A DNA stretch of 64,000 nt from Nemertoderma westbladi (taxonomy: Eukaryota; Animalia; Xenacoelomorpha), in NCBI GenBank assembly GCA_032718475.1, contig JAUCBJ010008069.1, forward strand, positions 56,428 to 120,427, in the 5' to 3' direction. Shown here piece by piece: positions 13,025 through 23,200 of the stretch. Position numbers and translations under genes: made by a program. Every line of letters starts with the position of its first letter. Within the stretch, counting starts at the first letter, position 1. The notes below the pieces were generated by a model that did not search any database, was not told the origin of the DNA, and saw nothing but the letters and a program-made list of their open reading frames with translations.

Positions 13025-13139
13025 AATAAGACCAATATATTTAGCCTAGACGAGACTAAAACAGCTAGCTAAGTAAGGCCTTTTGTGAAGTAGAGTACAA
13101 CGCCATGCACAGAAGCTGGGGCACAATAAATCAAAGAGG

Positions 13140-13145
13140 TTTATA
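13140..13145 (-). promoter_or_regulatory. Possible TATA box of the ACE-like gene
   Basis: TATAAA on minus strand ~116 nt upstream of the ATG; weak evidence in AT-rich DNA. Confidence 0.2.
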
Positions 13146-14716
13146 ATAATAAACAGAAAGAGGTAATATATAAATTAATGTGTTAAAGAGGTTTTATAGT
13201 TCAAAGTCAACCTTACTGTAACCCGCAGATGTTTCTCAAGCTATTTATTCTGCAAACCATGGTTATCTGTTTACTAAGTAAACAGTCTCAGTGTAATAAT
13301 ATTGCAATAATGATTTAATAAGTTCAGTAATATAATATGTATCTTATCACTTGTTTCAAACTAAAAGCTTTTTGTTTGGAATACGTGAGTTTTCTGAAAC
13401 TACCGTAAATAGTTTATGGCTAATTGTTCTCAATAATAACTGGGCTGAATTTAAATAAATCCCCCTCTGGGCTGACTGACTAATAATACAATAATAATAT
13501 AATAACAATAAAAATACAATAATATCGCAAGGTACTCTTATAACTTTACTATTATTTTACACTACTAAAACTTTTATTAAGAAATTATTCACTGTACACA
13601 GCTGCATTTCAATAACTAATCATGATGGCCTACTTAATTATTTAAGTAGGCCATGAACTATGTCTAAATGAATGTAAACAATAAGATAATAACCGCCATA
13701 AATCTACACTGGAGGTCGTGAATGTTATCAGAGAAGGGGTATACATTATAAAGGGAAATGGAGTAATAATGTTTGCTTTTATTACAGTATAATGGGCTAG
13801 ATGATAGAGCAATCTGATTATTGACCCTCCAATGGGGCGTGGGGGCGCGTCACAGACTAAGCCTACTCCTCCTACCGTAGTTGTAGGTGACACTGTTGGG
13901 GGGATGGGGTCTAATACTGTAGCTTGGTGAGATTTAAAGTTGTCGAGGTGAAACTTTGTTTAATGGGCTGATTTTTCTAATTTTTCATTTTTCATGGTAT
14001 TATTTGAAAAACCTTTCAAATGCTACTGTACTTTGGTTGATTTCCATGATGGGTAATATTCATAGAAATTTGTTAAATGGTGTCTCTGGTATTTGTATCA
14101 TGATGTTACCAAGATTACCCTGTGCTAACTTAAAAATTTGAGCTTCTTTAAAATCCAAGACGATAAAAATCTTCATATGAGGTAGTTGAGTAAAGTTAAC
14201 AACTCTATCAAATATTTTATACAGTATTTGAATTTGTTCACAAAAACGTTTACCATGATAATAGAATGTGAAATTTCAATTTATCTTAAGTACAACTTCG
14301 ATAAAACGCTATTTCCTTCATAACACTCAGTTTGAATTAAAAGTATAATTTCTCTACTTCTTGAAAATTTTAAAATCGAAATTCCAAAAATCATGTTTTG
14401 AAAGTGTCTCACCCACTAAATCGTTGAGATGATGTACTACTACTGTAGTTCGCCATGTCGACACCCCTGACCAATTTTTCTTACTATGGTTTTTTTTATA
14501 ATTTTTGAAGTTAAATACTACCAGTACCTAGTAGTACGGTGGCTGAAAGCGGCCAATATAATTCACTACTTTTTTGATTTTTATTTTGATCAACATTTTT
14601 TTCTTGAATTTCAACCCGGGTTGAAATTAATTTCAACCCGGGTTGAAATTAATATCAACCCGGGTTGAAATTAATATCAACCCGGGTTGAAATTAATATA
14701 ATATAAATTAATATCC

Positions 14717-15956
14717 GGAGAATTCAACACTGCAATAGACGAGGCTACTGATCTGATATCTATGAGTGGTTGTTTCAATATAACTATCCATGGCTTCAGC
14801 GACCAAACGAAAATAGATCTTGTTGGAGCTTTGGCTAAATTCATTGTGATGGATAGAAATCGTCGTGCCATTGAACAGTAAGTTAATTATTAGTATAGTT
14901 AATTATCATAATCGCTCAATTAGTCAATATTAATTTCAGGAACTTTTTACAATTAATTTTAAACTAAACAGTCAAGTGCACTTTAGATTTCAGGATGGTC
15001 TAAAAGAAGTTGGATTAATTAACGAAATTCTAAGAAATCCCGATGGTTGGCGGGAATTCTTTGTGCATAACGAATGTGTATTTACCTCCGAAGCTGTACA
15101 AGATTTGTTTATAATACAATGGACAGAGAACAACAATAGTATTCGGAAGAGAAAGGAGAAACGTGTTGCAGCATATTGGCTGGATCTGTTGCAGGATTTG
15201 GGAGGTATTTTAAATTTTTTATTCAAAATTGAATAAAAAATGAAAATCACCACCAATCAAATAATTGATAAACTGTTAATTAATTTATAAATCGATTACT
15301 TGCTTAATAATTAATATGTTTCTTTCTCCTTAATTCATATATTTCTTGATTATTAAAATGAATGTATTGATTATTGATTAATCTGTTTATTTTTCTTTGA
15401 AATTTGTTTAACTGTTGTTTAATAATTATGTGTTGCATTATTGTCCCAATAAGCCTAGGTCGCCTCGTATTTGTTTTGGTGTAAACGTAAACTATACGCC
15501 GACAGCCTACAGCGGCCAACTTACAGCCGACAACAGTTATAAATGTTGCTGGGTGTTAGTTGCCGGCAATCGGCGTAGCGTTTACACCCTCCCGTATCCG
15601 TTTAATCGTCCTGCAGTTTAAATTGATTTAATTAAATTTTTATATATTTTTAATTTTTAAATTATTGCATTTTTATTACAGACGGGGTTACAGGATACGC
15701 ATCCGGGCGAGTAGTCGGGCTGAAAGACCTTCTTATATTTGTGACTGGTATCGATGCTGTTCCCGCACTTGGATTTAACCGGGATCCTTCAGTTGTATTC
15801 CTCCATCCCGAGGACGATAACCAATATTACATTGGTCTACCAAGATCAAACACTTGTGGTCTCATTTTAAATCTACCGATTGTTGGGTCCTACGACGAGT
15901 TTAAACGCAATATGATTAGCGCATTGGAGATAGCGACTACATTCACCGATGATTGA
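14717..15956 (+). pseudogene. 5'-truncated, spliced HECT E3 ubiquitin-ligase domain (G2E3-like); exons ~14717-14877, 14987-15204, 15682-15956
   Basis: GT-AG introns join in frame: ..RRAIEQ|FQDGLKEVGL..YWLDLLQDLG|DG..LKDLLIFVTGIDAVPALGF..LPRSNTCGLILNLP..SYDEFKRNM..TFTDD*; catalytic Cys in the LPxxxTC motif retained; no start codon. Confidence 0.88.
15478..15588. mobile_element. Small palindromic insertion/MITE in the second HECT intron
   Basis: GGTGTAAACG...CGTTTACACC termini with inner inverted TACGCCGA/TCGGCGTA; GC-richer than flanks. Confidence 0.45.
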
Positions 15957-17674
15957 ATGAAACTATAAACATTTTCAATTTCAACCCGGGTTGAAATTCA
16001 AGAAAAAAATGTTGATCAAATTAAAAATTAAAAAAGTAGTGAATTATTTTGGCCGCTTTCAGCCACCGTATAGTAGGCCTAACTTATCTTAGTTCAATCT
16101 AATAATTTCAGGTAGCTAGAAGAGTTATTGATAGCTAGATGATTTAATGGGGATAGTAACATTTTTTATTGTTTAAATTTACAATATTTACTGCTCAGTC
16201 AATGGGCTAGCGGTAAATAAAATTTTCATTATTTACCTATAGAGATAAATGGGGATTATTGCTCTTCAATCAGTCAACTTTGTGCTGTAATAAATACTAT
16301 CTGGGGCATTTTATTATTTACACCATGACCCGTAATATAGTGTCATTTCCCCCCCCCCCCCCCAAAAAAATTTTTTTTTTTTCTACAATTCTTTATCATA
16401 TTGCTTGAAATTTGAAACACAACTAGTTCAACTCACCGTGGTTGTTACCATGAAGCCGGAATTTTCGATTTCGCCTTCAAATTTTTGTAATAAGCGTTTT
16501 AAAAAAGTGTCTTTTGCGAAATCGCACCATCCGTATAAATTGCCATTTCTCACAATAGTCGTAATATTTTCATATCATTATAAATTTTCGTTACAAGGCA
16601 TCCAAATATGTAACAATATCTGAATTTCGTTGAGAAACGGCAGGCGCAGATGTATTACGGTTTTAGAACATCGTCATGCACTGAAAGGAGGCCAGAGGAA
16701 CAATACAATAACAAGGCAATATCTTAAATCTTTCTAGAATGTTTCCCATATAATAATGAAAACAAACATATATAAGTATAATACCAATACTACCGGTAGC
16801 TATTGTTGTATGTTATTCGTGTAGGAAAAAAGTCAATCATCCAGAGTGTAATAATATACAGACATTTTGGGATTCTAGAATTTATATAATTATTATACAG
16901 AACATAGTACATCATGGTACTAGTGAGCTGGTTATTGCTTATTCCCTCGAAATTAACATTATGTAACATTTGTTTTGGTTTGTGGTTTGTAAACATCGAC
17001 ACCAATTTTCTTAACCATAAATTTTTTGTATTTTTGAGTTTTTTTTATAATGATGAATGTTCTACTGTAGAACTTTAGTAGATATTTTTTTAATAGCAGC
17101 TAGTGTTTTTTTACAAGATAGAATTTGTTGAAAATAAAAAAAAAAAATTTTTTAGTTAACATTATAAGTTATGGTACCGGTAGCTTGTGTTTTTATAAAA
17201 CGTTACGTTACGTTATTTATAGGTGAGTTTGGTTGGTAAACAAGCCTATTAATTTGACGGGTTATTATTCTATCCAAGGACACTTTGCCGAATTTAGATT
17301 CAGAAAACTGTACCGCCACACGATGTTCAAATAATGGCAAATTATGATTAATATAAACTATCAGAAAAGAACGCAGTTACATAATAATAAAGCTTGTATC
17401 TTTTCTGAAGGTGACTCTGGTGTCTTACATGACTATTCCACGCTAAATGCACAGCACAATTTCTGGCTAGAGTTCCGTATACTGTAGAACTACATTTTTA
17501 AAACATATATCATTGTTACTAAGGCAACGATGAAATGAAGAGTTCTAGAACAATAGAAAAGTAATATATACTATTCTAGAACATAAATAAAATAAAAAAT
17601 ATTATGTTCTAGAACATATAGCTAGTTTTTTTCTTTAAGTTAAAATAGCTAGTAAATAAAAAAAAGTTTTTTTT

Positions 17675-17860
17675 TTGCATTTGAAGGCCTTTAATAATTC
17701 ATTGAATACATTCAATTTTCCCTTACGTATCTGACGTCTCCACAAGTATTCGATAAGTTTTTCAGAGAATTTCTCTTGATAAGCTTTGCACTCCTTTCAC
17801 CATGCTCTTGCCTCATAAAATTTTCTAATTTTTAGCCTTAACTTTCTTTTAATCGCTTTG
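17675..17860 (-). pseudogene. Degenerate C-terminal fragment of a Merlin/ISXO2-like transposase
   Basis: Minus-strand translation ..QEKFSEKLIEYLWRRQIRKGKLNVFNELLKAF resembles the ISXO2 'L.EF.WRR.....F..LL' tail; internal stop upstream. Confidence 0.35.
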
Positions 17861-17866
17861 AGTTGA

Positions 17867-18031
17867 GTAGTTGAGTTTGAGTATTTCGCAACCCCTTTTG
17901 ATTTTCAATCAATTGGCAAATCAATAATTGTCGAGGAATCAGTAATACCACGATCTAGAGCATTTAATGATCTTGTTAATCATATTGAAGAGTTAGTTGA
18001 GAGTGGAACAAGTGTATTTAATCTAACAGAG
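17867..18031 (+). pseudogene. Left half of a transposase-like (Academ-like) coding remnant interrupted by the 46-bp satellite
   Basis: Reads ..EESVIPRSRAFNDLVNHIEELVESGTSVFNLTE then TGA at the first repeat junction; continues logically at 55307. Confidence 0.55.
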
Positions 18032-19145
18032 TGAAGAGTTAGTAGAGAGTGGAACAAGTGTATTTAAGCTAGCAGAGTGAAGAGTTAGTGGAGAGTGGAA
18101 CAAGTGTATTTAATCTAACAGAGTGAAGAGTTAGTGGAGAGTGGAACAAGTGTATTTAATCTAACAGAGTGAAGAGTTAGTGGAGACTGGAACAAGTTTA
18201 TTTAAGCTAGCAGAGTGAAGAGTTAGTGGAGAGTGGAACAAGTGTATTTAATCTAACAGAGTGAAGAGTTAGTGGAGAGTGGAACAAGTGTATTTAAGCT
18301 AGCAGAGTGAAGAGTTGGTGGAGAGTGGAACAAGTGTATTTAAGCTAGCAGAGTGAAGAGATAGTGGAGAGTGGAACAAGTGTGTTTATGCTAACAGAGT
18401 GAAGAGTTAGTGGAGAGTGGAACAAGTGTATTTAAGCTAGCAGAGTGAAGAGTTAGTGGAGAGTGGAACAAGTGTATTTAAGCTAGCAGAGTGAAGAGTT
18501 AGTGGAGACTGGAACAAGTGTGTTTAAGCTAACAGAGTGAAGAGTTAGTGGAGAGTGGAACAAGTGTATTTAAGCTAGCAGAGTGAAGAGTTGGTGGAGA
18601 GTGGAACAAGTGTATTTAAGCTAGCAGAGTGAAGAGTTGGTGGAGAGTGGAACAAGTGTATTTAAGCTAGCAGAGTGAAGAGTTGGTGGAGAGTGGAACA
18701 AGTGTATTTAAGCTAGCAGAGTGAAGAGTTAGTGGAGAGTGGAACAAGTGTATTTAAGCTAGCAGAATGAAGAGTTGGTGGAGAGTGGAACAAGTGTATT
18801 TAAGCTAGCAGAGTGAAGAGTTGGTGGAGAGTGAAACAAGTGTATTTAAGCTAGCAGAGTGAAGAGTTAGTGGAGAGTGGAACAAGTGTATTTAAGCTAG
18901 CAGAGTGAAGAGTTAGTGGAGAGTGGAACAAGTGTATTTAAGCTAGCAGAGTGAAGAGTTAGTGGAGAGTGGAACAAGTGTATTTAAGCTAGCAGAGTGA
19001 AGAGTTGGTGGAGAGTGGAACAAGTGTATTTAAGCTAGCAGATTGAAGAGTTGGTGGAGAGTGGAACAAGTGTATTTAAGCTAGCAGAGTGAAGAGTTAG
19101 TGGAGAGTGGAACAAGTGTATTTAAGCTAGCAGAGTGAAGAGTTA

Positions 19146-20298
19146 CTACTAGGATCGGCATGCTGCATTGCAGCTGCATTTTTAAGAATGCTGTGCCGGC
19201 TTGTCAACAAAATTGCACCGCCACAACTCCCTATCACCCATGACATTTGCTAGATCATCCGCATCTTTAAGGCCAGTGTCCTTTAAGATGCGTCTCAAGA
19301 AAGTCATGGGCTGTCCACCATGCTTATTCACTCCATGAGGCTGCCAAAGTACAAGATTATGCACTGGCTGGTCCTCACGGCGAAAGCAATGTCCTGCAAA
19401 GCGGAGGCGATTTTGTTCTAGTGTCAAGCTTGGGGGAACCAATGAGACACCTCCAATGTTATATAGTGTCTGGTTGGAGATGTGTGCATTGTACTTGACA
19501 CAATGTACCCGGCGTAGCATTCTTGTGAATGTGCCATCCAGAGATTTGGTGTCCTCAGCAGTTAGAGCCCAGCATGGACTCCCGTAGAGGAGTACTGGAA
19601 CTACTGCTGCTCTAAATAATCGGACCTTAAGTTTCCGATTAATTCTAGGTGACTTCCAAATCCTGGAAAGCCTATTCAAGGCTGCCCATGCCTTTTCCTT
19701 ACGTATTCGAAGGTCCTCACCTGACTTCCGGATCCATGATCCCAGGTAACAGAAGTCGTCCACATGCTCAAGCATACCATCCTTTGAGCTTATGCTCATC
19801 CGATCAGAGACTTGCTGAGGACTTTCAAAGTTAACTGTCAGAATTTTGGTCTTTCTGGAGTTAATAAAAAGACCAACACTAGAAGCAGCATGTTCTAATG
19901 AGCTGAGGAGCCGCTGGGCTCCCTCTAATGATTCTGAGAGTACTCCTAAGTCATCAGCAAAGTCTAGATCAGTTAGGTACTTGGCAGGATTTCCTCGACT
20001 TCTGGAGCCAGTAGGTGGAGTTATCATCACCCCATCATCATTATGATGATCTAAGGACATGCGTAGAACATAGTCAACCACAATAATGAACAAGAATGGT
20101 GCAAGTGTGTCTCCTTGGAGGACGCCCCATAACACTTCAAATGGTTCTGTGTCACCGTCAACAGTAGACACAAATGTTGTCGAACCATCGTATACTGATC
20201 TGATTGCTGCAATAATTTCATCAGGAATCCCATATAATGAAAGTATGCTGAACATACGTGAGCGAGAGACTGAATCAAAGGCCTTGAAGAAGTCAACA
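19146..20298 (-). mobile_element. 5'-truncated RTE-clade non-LTR retrotransposon inserted in the satellite
   Basis: RT ORF; short 3' UTR ending in (TAG)n; ~14-bp TSD AGAGTGAAGAGTTA (19132-19145 / 20299-20312). Confidence 0.92.
19182..20298 (-). CDS. Reverse transcriptase C-terminal part of RTE ORF (truncated, no stops)
   Basis: Motifs VDFFKAFDSV, GVLQGDTLAPFLFII, DLDFADD, FCYLGS, VLLYGS..W, RLRFAGHCFR. Confidence 0.93.
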
Positions 20299-23200
20299 AG
20301 AGTGAAGAGTTAGTGGAGAGTGGAACAAGTGTATTTAAGCTAACAGAGTGAAGAGTTTGTGGAGAGTGGAACAAGTGTATTTAAGCTAGCAGAGTGAAGA
20401 GTTAGTGGAGAGTGGAACAAGTGTATTTAAGCTAGCAGAGTGAAGAGTTAGTAGAGAGTGGAACAAGTGTATTTAAGCTAGCAGAGTGAAGAGTTGGTGG
20501 AGACTGAAACAAGTGTGTTTAAGCTAGCAGAGTGAAGAGTTAGTGGAGAGTGGAACAAGTGTATTTAAGCTAGCAGAGTGAAGAGTTAGTGGAGAGTGGA
20601 ACAAGTGTATTTAAACTAGCAGAGTGAAGAGATAGTGGAGAGTGGAACAAGTGTGTTTAAGCTAACAGAGTGAAGAGTTAGTGGAGAGTGGAACAAGTGT
20701 ATTTAAGCTAGCAGAGTGAAGAGTTAGTGGAGAGTAGAACAAGTGTATTTAAGCTAGCAGAGTGAAGAGTTAGTGGAGACTGGAACAAGTGTGTTTAAGC
20801 TAACAGAGTGAAGAGTTCGTGGAGAGAGGAACAAGTGTGTTTAAGCTAGCAGAGTGAAGAGTTAGTGGAGAGTGGAACAAGTGTGTTTAAGCTAGCAGAG
20901 TGAAGAGTTAGTGGAAAGTGGAACAAGTGTGTTTAAGCTAGCAGAGTGAAGAGTTAGTGAGAGTGGAACAAGTGTATTTAAGCTAGCAGAGTGAAGAGTT
21001 AGTGGAGAGTGGAACAAGTGTATTTAAGCTAGAAGAGTGAAGAGTTAGTGGAGAGTGGAACAAGTGTATTTAAGCTAACAGAGTGAAGAGTTAGTGGAGA
21101 GTGGAACAAGTGTGTTTAAGCTAGCAGAGTGAAGAGTTAGTTGAGAGTGGAACAAGTGTATTTAAGCTAGCAGAGTGAAGAGTTAGTGGAGAGTGGAACA
21201 AGTGTGTTTAAGCTAGCAGAGTGAAGAGTTAGTGGAAAGTGGAACAAGTGTGTTTAAGCTAGCAGAGTGAAGAGTTAGTGAGAGTGGAACAAGTGTATTT
21301 AAGGTAGCAGAGTGAAAAGTTAGTGGAGAGTGGAACAAGTGTATTTAAGCTAGCAGAGTGAAGAGTTAGTGGAGAGTGGAACAAGTGTGTTTAAGCTAGC
21401 AGAGTGAAGAGTTAGTTGAGAGTGGAACAAGTGTATTTAAGCTAACAGAGTGAAGAGTTAGTGGCGAGTGGAACAAGTGTATTTAAGCTAGCAGAGTGAA
21501 GAGTTAGTGGAGAGTGGAACAAGTGTGTTTAAGCTAGCAGAGTGAAGAGTTAGTGGAGAGTGGAACAAGTGTGTTTAAGCTAGCAGAGTGAAGAGTTAGT
21601 GGAGAGTGGAACCAGTGTGTTTAAGCTAGCAGAGTGAAGAGTTAGTGGAGAGTGGAACAAGTGTGTTTAAGCTAGCAGAGTGAAGAGTTAGTGGAGAGTG
21701 GAACTAGTGTGTTTAAGCTACAGAGTGAAGAGTTAGTGGAGAGTGGAACAAGTGTGTTTAAGCTAGCAGAGTGAAGAGTTAGTGGAGAGTGGAACAAGTG
21801 TGTTTAAGCTAGCAGAGTGAAGAGTTAGTGGAGAGTGGAACAAGTGTGTTTAAGCTAGCAGAGTGATGAGTTAGTGGAGAGTGGAACAAGTGTGTTTAAG
21901 CTAGCAGAGTGAAGAGTTAGTGGAGAGTGGAACAAGTGTGTTTAAGCTAGCAGAGTGAAGAGTTAGTGGAGAGTGGAACAAGTGTGTTTAAGCTATCAGA
22001 GTGAAGAGTTAGTGGAGAGTGGAACAAGTGTGTTTAAGCTAGCAGAGTGAAGAGTTAGTGGAGAGTGGAACAAGTGTGTTTAAGCTAGCAGAGTGAAGAG
22101 TTAGTGGACAGTGGAACAAGTGTGTTCTAGCTAGCAGAGTGAAGAGTTAGTGGCGAGTGGAACAAGTGTGTTTAAGCTAGCAGAGTAAAGAGTTAGTGGA
22201 GAGTGGAACAAGTGTATTTAAGCTAGCAGAGTGAAGAATTAGTGGAGAGTGGAACAAGTGTATTTAAGCTAGCAGAGTGAAGAGTTAGTGGAGAGTGGAA
22301 CAAGTGTATTTAAGCTAACAGAGTGAAGAGTTAGTGGAGAGTGGAACAAGTGTATTTAAGCAAACAGAGTGAAGAGTTAGTGGAGAGTGGAACAAGTGTA
22401 TTTAAGCTAGAAGAGTGAAAAGTTAGTGGAGAGTGGAACAAGTGTATTTAAGCTAGCAGAGTGAAGAGTTAGTGGAGAGTGGAACAAGTGTATTTAAGCT
22501 AGCAGAGTGAAGAGTTAGTGGAGAGTTGAACAAGTGTATTTAAACTAGCAGAGTGAGGAGTTAGTGGAGAGTGGAACAAGTGTGTTTAAGCTAACAGAGT
22601 GAAGAGTTAGTGGAGAGTGGAACAAGTGTATTTAAGCTAGCAGAGTGAAGAGTTAGTTGAGAGTGGAACAAGTGTATTTAAGCTAACAGAGTGAAGAGTT
22701 AGTGGAAAGTGGAACAAGTTTGTTTAAGCTAGCAGAGTGAAGAGTTAGTGAGAGTGGAACAAGTGTATTTAAGGTAGCAGAGTGAAAAGTTAGTGGAGAG
22801 TGGAACAAGTGTATTTAAGCTAGCAGAGTGAAGAGTTAGTGGAGAGTGGAACAAGTGTGTTTAAGCTAGCAGAGTGAAGAGTTAGTGGAGAGTGGAACAA
22901 GTGTATTTAAGCTAGCAGAGTGAAGAGTTAGTGGAGAGTGGAACAAGTGTATTTAAGCTAGCAGAGTGAAGAGTGGAACAAGTGTATTTAAGCTAGCAGA
23001 GTGAAGAATTAGTGGAGAGTGGAACAAGTGTATTTAAGCTAGCAGAGTGAAGAGTTAGTGGAGAGTGGAACAAGTGTATTTAAACTAGCAGAGTGAAGAG
23101 TTAGTGGAGAGTGGAACAAGTGTATTTAAGCTAGCAGAGTGAAGAGTTAGTTGAGAGTGGAACAAGTGTGTTTAAGCTAGCAGAGTGAAGAGTTAGTGGA

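Larger units (their letters stand above)
14535..16070. mobile_element. IS3EU-like internally deleted DNA transposon with ~95-bp TIRs carrying a HECT gene fragment
   Basis: TACGGTGGCTGAAAGCGGCCAA ... TTGGCCGCTTTCAGCCACCGTA; perfect 6-bp TSD TAGTAG (14529-14534, 16071-16076); subterminal palindrome TCAACCCGGGTTGA x4 left, x1 right. TAY..RTA ends plus 6-bp TSD fit IS3EU as I recall the superfamily definition. Confidence 0.85.
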
